From positions 36,092 through 100,091 of the forward strand of contig JAOPTX010000036.1 in the NCBI GenBank assembly GCA_051532055.1: 64,000 bases of DNA, read 5' to 3'. Both the position numbers and the translations under genes were made by a program. Origin of the DNA: Fibrobacterales bacterium (lineage in GTDB: Bacteria > Fibrobacterota > Fibrobacteria > Fibrobacterales > JAOPTW01). This document shows, one piece after another, positions 40,875 to 51,208 of this stretch. The notes under the pieces are model-generated. The model made no database searches. It had not been told where the DNA came from and was given only the letters and a program-made list of their open reading frames with translations. Every line of letters begins with the position of its first letter. Positions within the stretch are counted from its first letter, which is position 1.

Positions 40875-43244
40875 ATGCGATTACTTACTATAATTTCTGT
40901 ATATCTGTTAGTCTTTATTCAAGCGGGGCTTGCAAAAAACCTTTATCTATCCCATACTCTGGGTAATGATTCTCATGATGGCCTTTCTGTTGAGAATCCC
41001 TGGAAAAGTATCAGTCGCCTTAATGATTACCTAAGTGAGGAAGGGTTACTGGGTGGTGACTCTATTCTGTTTAAGCGGGGTGATACGTGGTATGGGGAGA
41101 TGATTCATTTTCTGAATGTCTATGGTGAACTACAGAATCCTATTGTTATATCTGCCTACGGTGAGGGGGAGAGTCCTGTAATAAATCGTGGGAGTATGCA
41201 TTATGAATGGCAGGAGTTGATTGAGGCAGATGTTCCCGGTGCATGGTATGCTTCTATCGGTACGGGGAATGCGGTGTTGCGTGGTGTAGTAGAGGGGCAA
41301 TCCATTCAAGCTAAATCCTTAAAGCGCTATGGTATAGATGGCTCATCCATGGGGTATTATGATTTAAGCTCTCTAGAAGATGCCGTTGCATTTGCAAATG
41401 AGGTACTACTGTCTCAAAATCAATTTGGTGGGTTTGGTTATACTGAAGGTATAGTGGTGCGAACACCTGATGGGGGAATGCCGGTCTATCCTTCAACGAT
41501 GTTCTTTGGAAATGCCTTGGTGATACGGTATTCTACCAATATTATTGTAGAGGGCCTGCTTATAGAGGAAGGGTATGATGGTATTTTTATAGAAAGCTCT
41601 CAAAACATCACTATACGAAATTGCGAAATAAAAGATGTAATAGGAATTGGAATTAAAGTTGCTGGTGGTAAGCATAACTGGATACAGAGTGCGTCGAGTA
41701 GAGATATATACATTTTGAATAATATGATACATCATACAGGAAATAATTCAATCTACGCGTTGTATACGGATCATATTGTTATTAGAGGAAATGACTTATC
41801 CCATGTGGCAAGTATCCCCTTTGGAGTTGGCTATCATGGAGATCAATGTGTTACGGGATTTGAACATTGTCTGAATGTTGTTTTAGAATATAATTTTGCT
41901 CATGATTCAGATTCCAAGGGTCACTTTTATGACCCCAATGAGGATTATGGCGATACCGTTCGCTACAATATTGTGAGAAATGTGAGAGGATTTGGAGCCT
42001 ATCATGGAGGAAACCTTTCCATACACAATAATCTTTTTCATGCAGATACAATTTCAAGTATAATTTTAGGGGGCGTCTGGCTTACGGGGCCTGAAGATGT
42101 GTGGTTCTATGAAAATATTATGCACGTGCCAAATCAGCGCTCCCATGGAGCGGGTTTACATTCTTATGTTGGTGGGGGAGAACGATATGGAGAGAGTGAT
42201 AAAAGTGGTTCGGTATTTTATTGGAATAATGTTATTACTGTAGAGAGAGAGGCGCCATTTTGGTTGGCTTCTTATCAAAACCCTCGTACTTACTCTGATC
42301 ACAATATTTTCTTTTCTCCAGGGCAACAAATGTTTCAAGGAAGCGCTCAAAGTTACGGTTCCTTTAATGAGTTTCGTGAATTGAGTGGATATGATAGCCA
42401 TTCTCTCTGGCTGGGTGAAGATACTATTGGGAAAACTGAAGGGCATATTTTACCTGATCAACTGTTATTTAGGTTGAGTGAGGAATGGAATGTAAATGGT
42501 TTAAATACACCTAACATACATGAATGGTTTAATAGGCATACAGAAACGGTCGATTTACACGATGGGCTATTACTTGCCGTCCCATTTGATAATGATTCAT
42601 TAGTTGTCGTTCCTTTTAATAGTACATCTCCTGTAGGTGATGGTGTGTCATCAGTATTTGATGTTTCAGAAAATGATGAAAGTGCCCAAAGTGTCGGGAC
42701 AATTAGCAAGGTAGGGGGAGTAGTTGGAGAAGGAGTGCGTTTTGGTGAAACGGGGTATCTCAATTTTGGGACGTTACACCATTGGGGTGCATCTGAAATG
42801 AGTGTTTCCGTTTGGATTAAGCCAATAGACTACATGGACAGCGATTCATACAAGACAATATTCTATGGAAAAGGAACCCTCATAATCTATCGGGGTAATA
42901 ATCGACCAGCTTTTAGTATGGATGGTTCTGAAGGGAAGTCAATCGTGTATGGGCCAGTCTTGGATACCAATTGGCATCATGTAGTTCTTGTTTACTCTGA
43001 TAGTGGTGATAGGAGGGCTCATATGTATGTGGATGGCATCGAGTACATTTCATCAGATATAGTTCAGGGGGGGCTTACTCAGAACTATGAGTCCTGGAAC
43101 CTTCAGCTATCAGGCCGCTTTAATTCGTATCATAAAAAACTTTTCCAGGGTTCTATTGATGAGTTTTACCTGTGGGATAAGCGAATTGAGGTAGAGGAGG
43201 TTCAATATCTATATAATGGTGGTTTGGGAAGATCTATTTTCTAG
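40875..43244 (+). CDS. Secreted right-handed beta-helix protein with C-terminal LamG domain
   Basis: Signal peptide, GND..DG.S...PWKS, GD.ILFKRG, parallel beta-helix repeats and SVSVWIKP/WHHVVLVY/YVDG/FQGSIDE. Confidence 0.8.
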   Translation: MRLLTIISVYLLVFIQAGLAKNLYLSHTLGNDSHDGLSVENPWKSISRLNDYLSEEGLLGGDSILFKRGDTWYGEMIHFLNVYGELQNPIVISAYGEGESPVINRGSMHYEWQELIEADVPGAWYASIGTGNAVLRGVVEGQSIQAKSLKRYGIDGSSMGYYDLSSLEDAVAFANEVLLSQNQFGGFGYTEGIVVRTPDGGMPVYPSTMFFGNALVIRYSTNIIVEGLLIEEGYDGIFIESSQNITIRNCEIKDVIGIGIKVAGGKHNWIQSASSRDIYILNNMIHHTGNNSIYALYTDHIVIRGNDLSHVASIPFGVGYHGDQCVTGFEHCLNVVLEYNFAHDSDSKGHFYDPNEDYGDTVRYNIVRNVRGFGAYHGGNLSIHNNLFHADTISSIILGGVWLTGPEDVWFYENIMHVPNQRSHGAGLHSYVGGGERYGESDKSGSVFYWNNVITVEREAPFWLASYQNPRTYSDHNIFFSPGQQMFQGSAQSYGSFNEFRELSGYDSHSLWLGEDTIGKTEGHILPDQLLFRLSEEWNVNGLNTPNIHEWFNRHTETVDLHDGLLLAVPFDNDSLVVVPFNSTSPVGDGVSSVFDVSENDESAQSVGTISKVGGVVGEGVRFGETGYLNFGTLHHWGASEMSVSVWIKPIDYMDSDSYKTIFYGKGTLIIYRGNNRPAFSMDGSEGKSIVYGPVLDTNWHHVVLVYSDSGDRRAHMYVDGIEYISSDIVQGGLTQNYESWNLQLSGRFNSYHKKLFQGSIDEFYLWDKRIEVEEVQYLYNGGLGRSIF

Positions 43245-43343
43245 ATTTGCTAATGGGAGAAGTAGGGTGTATATTAATGTGTACAGAAAGGTTGGCCTGA
43301 AACATTGTTTTAGGCTATCACAGCAGATTCAATTAGGTTCATA

Positions 43344-45371
43344 ATGATAGTATGTAGGATAGTGCAATGGTTGTTAGTGACGATAGTTTCATTGGCAGCA
43401 TCTAACTATTATGTTTCAAACATTTCTGGTAATGATGATAATAGCGGATTGTCGGTTGATGTGCCTTGGAAGTCTATACAGCGGGTTAATAAAGCAGTGT
43501 TTGATGATGTGCTTGAGCCGGGCGATTCAGTACTTTTTCATAGGGGTGAAGTGTGGCACGATGGGCTCCTCAATCTCTATTATGTTGTTGGCGACTCACT
43601 CAACCCTATTGTCATAGGGGCTTATGGGGCTGATTCCGTGCGGCCAGAATTGAATGGTGAATTGAGCGAGATTACATGGAGACATATTGAGGCAAGCCAG
43701 TATGAAGGTGTCTATTATACTTATGTAGGGTATCGGAATTCAGTACTCAAAGTGGCCCAGGGTGCGACAAAATTGAAATTGAGAAGCAACAGAAAGCATC
43801 AGGATCTTGGAGAAGATGATTATTACTCTTTTGAGACAGAAGAGGACTTAGTAGCATATGCAGATGCAGAGATGGATGCACCAGGAGTTTTCGGGCCTTG
43901 GAGTTATACAGAGCATCTGTTTATAAGAACATTTGATGGCAATCCACCGGATAGTACCTATCGTGCATTTACCAACTCTGCAGCAGTGCGATACTGTAAC
44001 TATTTAATAGTAGACGGTATAACCTTTAAAGGTGGATTTGATGGAGTGTTTATTGAGTCATCTGAAGAAGTAGTCATAAAAAATTCCCTTATTGAAGAGA
44101 CTCTTGGGATTGGTATAAAGGTCGCAGGGTATCAACATCATTGGGAAAATGAATCGACGGTAAAAAATGTTACTATCGAAAATAATACTATTAGAAAAAC
44201 AGGGAACAATTTAATCTATGCGCTCTATTCTGATAAATTGATTATACGGGGTAATGATTTGGCTAATGGTGCTTTTAACCCATATGACATACCACTTTCG
44301 GGTGATCGCTGTATAACGGGCTTTGAAATGTGCTTTAATACGGTTATGGAGTATAACTATGTGCATGATAGTAAAGGGTGTCACTTCTATGACCCTAATG
44401 AAAACTATGGCGACTCCATACGGTACAATGTGGTTTACAATACCGCGGGCTTTGGGGCGTTTCATGGAGGCAACCTAACCATTCATAATAATATATACCA
44501 CAGCGGTACGCAACCCAGCGTTGCTATGGGTGGAGCTCATATTACCAGTAATGAATCCATAGAGTTTTATGAAAATATCTGGTTTATAAATCATCAAAAA
44601 TCACACTCTGCGGGATTGCATTCCTATGGTGATAAAGGGGTACGGTATTCTGACTCTAATGATAAACAGGGGAAAGTTAATTTTCACAATAATCTTGTAG
44701 TAGGAATGGATAGTACTACAATGTGGATGACCTCTTTTCAGCATGGTAATACTGTGTCAGATTCAAACTGTTATTATTCGCCAACAAATGATAAATATCA
44801 AGACATTACACAGCAGTTCAGTGATTTAGAAGAATTCAAAGAAGTACTAGGTCATGACCACAATTCAATTTTTATTCATCCCGATTCACTGATAAAAACA
44901 AGTGACCCAAAGAGTTGGAGTGTGGGTGAAGGGTATCCCTGTGTTGGTGCAGGGGTTGAAGCTGTTGATTTTCGATATCCGGAAGTGATTGCGACACTTG
45001 ATCCTACAATTCTGAACACAATAGATTCTATTAATTTAGGATTTATAGATGATGGGAGTAAAAAAGTCTTGCTTTCGAGTAGTGCCAATAGTTCTGATGA
45101 CAGTTCGGCGAGTGAAGGCTTGAGTGGTGATGGTGTGGACTCAGTTATTGGTTCTGATGGTGGAATTGATGAGCCAGACGTTGATATCAGAGATTCTGTT
45201 GGAACCAGTACATTTGTTACTGAGGGTTCGGTTCTCTATACTTCATTTCCCGTACAGGTACATGATCTTCTTGGTCGGTCCTATGGGGTTGCATACAATA
45301 ATGGTGATGTATTCCAAATTAAATCACGATATAATCTATGGTCTTCATTATTAGTATTCAAGTCAATATAA
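43344..45371 (+). CDS. Secreted right-handed beta-helix protein, paralog of the upstream gene, with Ser-rich linker and short C-terminal sorting-like tail
   Basis: YYVS...GNDDNSG.S...PWKS. Shares HFYDPNE.YGD..RYN and HGGNL.IHNN with the upstream gene. The tail contains VHDLLGR. Confidence 0.8.
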   Translation: MIVCRIVQWLLVTIVSLAASNYYVSNISGNDDNSGLSVDVPWKSIQRVNKAVFDDVLEPGDSVLFHRGEVWHDGLLNLYYVVGDSLNPIVIGAYGADSVRPELNGELSEITWRHIEASQYEGVYYTYVGYRNSVLKVAQGATKLKLRSNRKHQDLGEDDYYSFETEEDLVAYADAEMDAPGVFGPWSYTEHLFIRTFDGNPPDSTYRAFTNSAAVRYCNYLIVDGITFKGGFDGVFIESSEEVVIKNSLIEETLGIGIKVAGYQHHWENESTVKNVTIENNTIRKTGNNLIYALYSDKLIIRGNDLANGAFNPYDIPLSGDRCITGFEMCFNTVMEYNYVHDSKGCHFYDPNENYGDSIRYNVVYNTAGFGAFHGGNLTIHNNIYHSGTQPSVAMGGAHITSNESIEFYENIWFINHQKSHSAGLHSYGDKGVRYSDSNDKQGKVNFHNNLVVGMDSTTMWMTSFQHGNTVSDSNCYYSPTNDKYQDITQQFSDLEEFKEVLGHDHNSIFIHPDSLIKTSDPKSWSVGEGYPCVGAGVEAVDFRYPEVIATLDPTILNTIDSINLGFIDDGSKKVLLSSSANSSDDSSASEGLSGDGVDSVIGSDGGIDEPDVDIRDSVGTSTFVTEGSVLYTSFPVQVHDLLGRSYGVAYNNGDVFQIKSRYNLWSSLLVFKSI

Positions 45372-45558
45372 TCACTGCATAATACTAGAATGTGTTTTAA
45401 TTTTTAATATTGTATGATGTTCAATAGAAATGCTCTATGCTTATTAGCTTGTATTGATGTTAAAGCAGATGCCTTATGATTTATTGAGGAGTAGTCTGAT
45501 TAATGAAGTGTTTATTCTTAGAACAGATTTAATATGTTTTTTCAGTGGAGGGTGCGAA

Positions 45559-46671
45559 ATGAAAGGAAGTGGGTCAAATAGAATAATCTTGTTTGATAAT
45601 TTAAAGGCAATATTAATTTTATGTGTTGTTGTAATTCATTCTGTCGCGCCATTTAATGGAGGCTGGGGAGTGGTTTTAGGGAAAAGTGATGTAATGATTG
45701 CTATAGATACTTGGATGTCTGGCTTTGCAATGCATTGTTTTTATATGATATCTGGCTATTTCGCAGCAATGTCCTTAGGTAGATACAAATCATATGAAAA
45801 TGGTTTGATAAGAATTAAACGCCTTTTGGTGCCTGCTCTCATTGGTTTCGTGACGTACCAATTTTTCAGTGTGTGGTTTATCGTTGCCTCACAAAAGGCG
45901 TTACCTCTGGGAGAAGCATTGTATCATTTTGAGTGGAAGTATTACCTCTTTTTTGGCGGTTGGGTAGGACATTTGTGGTTTATAAATAATCTACTCGTAT
46001 ACTATGTGATTATGATCGTGGCAGATAAATATAAGACGTTAAATTATTGCGTTGATTTTTTTGTGAGTAAAATCAAAAAAATCAGGTACATAAGAATTGT
46101 TGCATTTATATTAGTGATGTTCTTTATAGGAAAGTTGTATAAAGAAGTTGTTCCATATTTCTACTTGTTTTCCTTTTTTACCCCTCCACATTTATTTAAA
46201 TACATACCATTTTTTGTGTTAGGTATTATCCTCTATCGAAAAAATATTGTTAAGAGATATGCTGGGCTGCAGTTGAAATATTGTGTTCTCATTTTGGTTG
46301 GTTATACAGTATTTGTGGTAATTGAACAATGGTTACGGATTTCAAATACCGAGTTTAACTCGGTAATGAAATGGGCATATGAAGGAGTGTACTCATTGTG
46401 GGCATTGATTTTATGCTTTGCAGTATTTAGCTTAGCTAATGTTATACCCCGAATATCTACAGTCATGATTATTTCCCAGTCTTCTTTTTCGATTTATTTG
46501 TTACACCACCCTATTATTCTTGTTGCGTGTTATGTGTTAAAACGATATGAAGTTTTTTCATTGTGGGGAGCAGTAGTTGTCTTCTTTGTATCCCTTGTCA
46601 CTTCTATCGCTTTAAGGAAATATGTCCTCTTACGCATACCAGTTTTGCGATACGTGATTGGGGAACGTTAA
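45559..46671 (+). CDS. Acyltransferase family 3 (MdoC/OpgC-like)
   Basis: FDNLK...V.IH, M..FYMISGYF, RLLVP, HLWF and SFSIYLLH. ATG 45559 follows GGAGG (ORF track starts at 45454). Confidence 0.85.
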   Translation: MKGSGSNRIILFDNLKAILILCVVVIHSVAPFNGGWGVVLGKSDVMIAIDTWMSGFAMHCFYMISGYFAAMSLGRYKSYENGLIRIKRLLVPALIGFVTYQFFSVWFIVASQKALPLGEALYHFEWKYYLFFGGWVGHLWFINNLLVYYVIMIVADKYKTLNYCVDFFVSKIKKIRYIRIVAFILVMFFIGKLYKEVVPYFYLFSFFTPPHLFKYIPFFVLGIILYRKNIVKRYAGLQLKYCVLILVGYTVFVVIEQWLRISNTEFNSVMKWAYEGVYSLWALILCFAVFSLANVIPRISTVMIISQSSFSIYLLHHPIILVACYVLKRYEVFSLWGAVVVFFVSLVTSIALRKYVLLRIPVLRYVIGER

Positions 46672-46686
46672 TTACCTAAGTATGGA

Positions 46687-47409
46687 TTATAAGAGCATAT
46701 ACTTGATTGTATGATCGTTTAATGCTTCTATTAATAAAAGTCTTCGCAAAAGTATATTTATATAACTGCAATTAAAATTATGTGCCCAAGAATTTTTTTT
46801 CTCATTAGGAAAGCGTGCCTGAATGATTTCATAATTCAGATAATCAAATGAAATATAGTCGGTACTATATGCATCAATAGTGACTTCGATGGTTTGTAAC
46901 AGTGAATCTCTGGCTGCTTGTTCTAGTGTATATAAGTTGTTAGGAAGATAATAAGCGGTCAAATAATCATGAAGCTGAAATGTTTTTAAATACTGTGGAT
47001 TGGGCGACTCAATGATAAATTGATGCGACGCTATGCTAATCTGGTTGCTCATTGAGTCAAGCAACTGAATAATGTTCGATACGTTCCCCTGAGTCAGGTT
47101 TTTTAAATCAAGCCAGTAGTGGTGGCTGTCATTCTTTTGGTCAGAAGCTAAAAGTTGTGAAAGAGTTAAACCAGACGGTGGAGAAGGTGGGTGATGTACA
47201 TCCAGAATATGCAAGGAGTCTATATAGACAATATCTATTTCGAGTCCCTGAAAGGGTTGTGCCTTTTGAAGGGCATCAAGAGAATTCGTTCGGTGGTGCC
47301 AAATTTTTTCGGGGTAAAAATACCGTAAACAACGGTTTGAAAAAAAGCCTACTTTAATTATCAAAAGAGCGATGATAATCAGTGCTATGATGATAAATAC
47401 TTTTTTCAT
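46687..47409 (-). CDS. Membrane-anchored protein with a phosphodiesterase-like (GDPD/PLC-like) motif set
   Basis: N-terminal TM helix, KIWHHR.N, GLEIDI, DVHH, WLDLK and IIES. Translationally coupled to the upstream transferase. Confidence 0.55.
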   Translation of the reverse strand: MKKVFIIIALIIIALLIIKVGFFSNRCLRYFYPEKIWHHRTNSLDALQKAQPFQGLEIDIVYIDSLHILDVHHPPSPPSGLTLSQLLASDQKNDSHHYWLDLKNLTQGNVSNIIQLLDSMSNQISIASHQFIIESPNPQYLKTFQLHDYLTAYYLPNNLYTLEQAARDSLLQTIEVTIDAYSTDYISFDYLNYEIIQARFPNEKKNSWAHNFNCSYINILLRRLLLIEALNDHTIKYMLL

Positions 47410-48941
47410 TGGTATACCGTGCCTTTACCGCCAATTTTCCTCGTCTGTTCGGTGAATGTGTCATTGAGTATGCTGAGTGAGTCGTTGTTGGTCTTGAGTG
47501 TAATCTGGGCCAAGTCAGCAAGGGTGTATATAAAATTGTCTATCATGTAGGGCCGAGAAAGGATCTCCTTTGAATAGGTCTTTGGGTTTTTTGGCCAGAT
47601 TAAAAAAGGAATCTCATACATAGGTTTGGAACTTATACTATAAGAGTGTCCTAAGTAATCGGCTTCATCATATATATCTTCGCCGTGGTCAGAAAAAAAG
47701 ATTAGACTACTGTATGGATTAATAGAACGGGTGAGAGTAATGATGCTGTCAAGTAAAAAATCCTGATACAAAATAGCATTGTCATATTCATCAATGGATT
47801 TTTGTTTGTTTGATCTGTTTGCACTGGTGAAGTGATCAAAGGATTCAGGGTATCGTTCTTTGTAATAGATGTGTGTGCCTTTAAGGTGGATGAATATAAT
47901 TTTTTGAGGAGTGGAGTCTGAGAGCGCTTGAGTAAATGAGGGAAAAATTTGTGCATCGAGACCACCATGAGCATCATGGTCAGTATTATCTGTAAAAATC
48001 GTAATGTCAGATGCTTGTGCCATTGAGGTGAGTGCGGTTTCAAACACACCAATAGGCTTTTGATTAGATATCCAATACGTTCTGAAATCTATCATATTAA
48101 ATAGCTGGATGATACTTCCATTGTTAAGTGAATCGTTATCTTGGTTACTGTTGTTTTTAAGAGTCAGGACCCGTTCAAGGCTCTCTATAGTATGACAGTA
48201 CGGACTGATAACGTCTGTAAATAGAAGGTACTGGTCTTTTGTCTTAGAAAGTCGTGGTGTTGTAGGGCGATGATATCCGTAGATACCCATGTGGCGGCGC
48301 CCGGTCGATTCACCGATGATAATCACGAGAGTGTTTGTGTCAGGGCCCGTGTATGCTACACCTTCAAAGACACTGTTATGAGGCATAACCAGTGACTCTT
48401 CGATTGTAGCAATATCCTTTTGATATTCAGAGTAGGCAGAGTAGGTTCTATACCATAGATTGTAGTCTTTCGATTGATATACTGCAACGGTTAGAAGTAT
48501 CAGTACGGGGATTAAAATAGTCTTAGGGAGTGTACTAATAGTATTTACGGTGTAGAGTTTCTTGTATGAGAATAAAACAAAGGGGAGAGGGATGAGAGTG
48601 ACAACCCAAACAAGTGGGGTCGTTTTGGCTCTCAAAAATTCAAAAGACTCAGAACTATTGGTTTCAATAAAAATAAATAAGAGTGAAGGGCTCATCTTGG
48701 TGTGCTCAAAATAAAAAATCCCGAGGTCTAGGATGATTTCGGCAACAAGTACAGTGAGGAAAAGTGTGGAAAATCCTTTGTTGAGCAGTGGCTTTTTAAT
48801 GGAAGTTACAAGTGCTCCCCCCAGTAATGATAATGACCAAAAAGAAATAATCTCATATCTGAGAAATGAGTAATGCATAAAAAGGCAATATATAGAGTAT
48901 ATAAGTGGGGTGGTGACCCAAGGTAAAAGGGCGTGCCTCAT
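47406..48941 (-). CDS. Phosphoethanolamine transferase (CptA/EptC-like)
   Basis: TM N-terminus, ETN..E..EF, IIGES, YGY.RPTTP, HLKGTH..Y, YDNAI and FSDHGE. Confidence 0.9.
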   Translation of the reverse strand: MRHALLPWVTTPLIYSIYCLFMHYSFLRYEIISFWSLSLLGGALVTSIKKPLLNKGFSTLFLTVLVAEIILDLGIFYFEHTKMSPSLLFIFIETNSSESFEFLRAKTTPLVWVVTLIPLPFVLFSYKKLYTVNTISTLPKTILIPVLILLTVAVYQSKDYNLWYRTYSAYSEYQKDIATIEESLVMPHNSVFEGVAYTGPDTNTLVIIIGESTGRRHMGIYGYHRPTTPRLSKTKDQYLLFTDVISPYCHTIESLERVLTLKNNSNQDNDSLNNGSIIQLFNMIDFRTYWISNQKPIGVFETALTSMAQASDITIFTDNTDHDAHGGLDAQIFPSFTQALSDSTPQKIIFIHLKGTHIYYKERYPESFDHFTSANRSNKQKSIDEYDNAILYQDFLLDSIITLTRSINPYSSLIFFSDHGEDIYDEADYLGHSYSISSKPMYEIPFLIWPKNPKTYSKEILSRPYMIDNFIYTLADLAQITLKTNNDSLSILNDTFTEQTRKIGGKGTVYQ

Positions 48942-49197
48942 AATAAGTGATCTAGTTGATAGCTATCTTGTTAATATAACCATTTTTTGCCAACAAAACT
49001 GGGTTGAAAATGGGGTAGGGTATCTGAAATTCAGGCCTTTGGTAATTTATAATCGGTTATATGGACAGTACTTGAAGGATGTTAGTGGAGGACTTATGGT
49101 TTTAATCTGTAATACCTTCGTCGATAATTTTCATTTTAAGTGAAAAAGCACCACTTCAAACTACATTTGTACAAAACCACTCATAGCGAGATCCCTA

Positions 49198-50898
49198 ATG
49201 AGCGAATCAAAGCCTATTCATAGATCAACCATCCTCCTCCTCACCGTATGTGCGAGTATTCTGCTCCTCTTTACTGATGGGTTTTGGGCAGATATGGACT
49301 GTTTCCGCCGTTGGGCAGACCACTTGGCTCTGTATGGCTATGATGGGTTCACAGGTAATTATCCACCTGTCTATGTGCACTGGCTTTGGTTTGTAGGCAA
49401 TCTCTATGCCCTCACAGTGACACCAATTGAAGTAAGTTTCTTTTTCAAGCTTTTTATCATTCTTCCAGGTATTGTGGCTCATTTAGGACTCCTCAGGCTT
49501 GTCTGGTGGTATAGTGATCGATATTCACTGAATACCTCCGCAAAAAACATCCTTCTTATTGTTACTGCGGTAAACCCAGCCTTTCTCCTCAATGGCCCTA
49601 TTTGGGCGCAGGTTGACCTTCTTCCAATGGTCCTTATTGTTGGTGCTCTTATCTGCTCTGTTGAAAAAATTCATCTCAAATGGGTTCCTGCACTGTTCTT
49701 TGCGGCTCTCCTCACAAAATTTCAGATGATCCTTTTTCTCCCTCTTTTTGGTGCGCTCTTTTTTAAAGAGATCAAATCCTATAGTATTGGTTTACTCTAT
49801 GCGATTCCTGTAGTGGGGCTTCTCTTGTTTCCGTATTTGGTCACGAGCAGCCTCGATCAAATGGTCAATCACGCCTTTTTAGGCAACACTAGCCTCTTTC
49901 CCTATGTAACCCTTAATGCGGCAAACTTTTGGATGCTTTTTAAGGGGAATATTGTTCTCGATTCCGTAGAAGTACTTCCCGGACTTACGGCCAAAAACTT
50001 TGGGATGATCACTTTTACCTTGCTCAGCCTTGGGGTCTTTATTAAAACCCTTCTTTCAAAATCAAAAGTTGAACTGCTGGTTATGGCGAGCTTTCTCCCG
50101 TTTGCCTTTTTTACCACTCTCACTCAAATGCACGAGCGCTATCTTTTTGCAGCAGTACCCGTTCTGTTAATATGGAGTATTCATAATCGCAAAGTAATCC
50201 CCCTCTATATTCTAGCAACGGTGGTTACCTTCCTTAATATTCTGTTGGTGCTCCCGGTGTCGGGTGATAAATTTTGGCCAATGCTTTCACTAGTTTCGGT
50301 ACTACTCTTTGTGGTGTTGGCGGTGGCAGTATTTGTACCATCACTGAATGATAAAGCACTTCAGCTCTACCGTAACGGTATTGCACGCTTTAATATGTTA
50401 CCAGAGGCATTGCTTCTCGTTATATTTTTCATGCTTGCAGCGGTTGGGTACAAGGTAACCATGAGTAGAGTGGTTCACCATAATTTACCAGAGAACGGGA
50501 TCTATCTCTCAGAACTTCCCGTAAGCTATACTGGCCCTATCGATTCATTGAAAGTAAACCACCATGCAAAAAGAGGAACCCTCCGCATGGATGGTAAGAT
50601 TCACCTGTATGGCCTCGGAACAATAGCCCCAGGTCGTGCAGCGGTAAAAATTCCTCAAGGTGCAACACGTTTTACGGCGAAGGCGGGCTTCGATGACGCA
50701 AGTAATGAGCCCAAGGGCATTATTCGAGTATACGGTGACACCACACAACTCTGGCAATCAGAATTACTGTCAGGGGCAGGAGCACACCAAGAACTCTCTA
50801 TTTCAATCGATGGCTATGATTCATTATTTTTGGTCACAGAAAATATGTCCTGCGATACCTGTGCCATGGTTGACTGGGCTTATCCGGTATTTGAATAA
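49198..50898 (+). CDS. GT-C-type (mannosyltransferase-like) membrane protein with a C-terminal NPCBM domain
   Basis: D...F..W, NYPP, NP.......WAQVD, K.Q, NA.NFW and MHERY. The C-terminus has YLSEL...GLGT.A...F.A..G.DD...DWA.P. Confidence 0.8.
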   Translation: MSESKPIHRSTILLLTVCASILLLFTDGFWADMDCFRRWADHLALYGYDGFTGNYPPVYVHWLWFVGNLYALTVTPIEVSFFFKLFIILPGIVAHLGLLRLVWWYSDRYSLNTSAKNILLIVTAVNPAFLLNGPIWAQVDLLPMVLIVGALICSVEKIHLKWVPALFFAALLTKFQMILFLPLFGALFFKEIKSYSIGLLYAIPVVGLLLFPYLVTSSLDQMVNHAFLGNTSLFPYVTLNAANFWMLFKGNIVLDSVEVLPGLTAKNFGMITFTLLSLGVFIKTLLSKSKVELLVMASFLPFAFFTTLTQMHERYLFAAVPVLLIWSIHNRKVIPLYILATVVTFLNILLVLPVSGDKFWPMLSLVSVLLFVVLAVAVFVPSLNDKALQLYRNGIARFNMLPEALLLVIFFMLAAVGYKVTMSRVVHHNLPENGIYLSELPVSYTGPIDSLKVNHHAKRGTLRMDGKIHLYGLGTIAPGRAAVKIPQGATRFTAKAGFDDASNEPKGIIRVYGDTTQLWQSELLSGAGAHQELSISIDGYDSLFLVTENMSCDTCAMVDWAYPVFE

Positions 50899-51086
50899 AG
50901 TGCCCAGAATAAGGGCGTTTAGCTGGTAAGTCACTTTATCTTGTAAAGAGTGAAGTAGCCCGTTATGTTTATTGACAAATGTTGTCATATTTTCGATGAA
51001 ATATGAGGGTTATTGCGAAGTAATGACTGATAGGCTCAACTAAATAGCGTTTATTTATCGATTAGGCTTGAACTTGACAGATGTGA

Positions 51087-51192
51087 TTACATGTTTTCAC
51101 ATATAAATATCTAAAATATGACATTATTTAATGGGTATTTTTATAGATAGTTACATTTTTACATACATATATTCTATAATAATTACACTTTT
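51087..51192 (+). promoter_or_regulatory. Phased direct-repeat array (4 units, 32-bp period), candidate operator
   Basis: TTACATGTTT (51087), TGACATTATT (51119), TTACATTTTT (51151) and TTACACTTTT (51183), immediately upstream of the ATPase RBS. Confidence 0.55.
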
Positions 51193-51208
51193 TAGGGGTA
51201 GCGAGCGC

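Noticed and set aside
40875..45371. Paralog pairs as diversity-generating retroelement TR/VR
   Set aside because: Divergence is protein-wide and not adenine-specific; no reverse transcriptase is in the window.
51087..51192. Possible degenerate mini-CRISPR
   Set aside because: The repeats are only about 10 bp and the 32-bp period is far shorter than a repeat-spacer unit.
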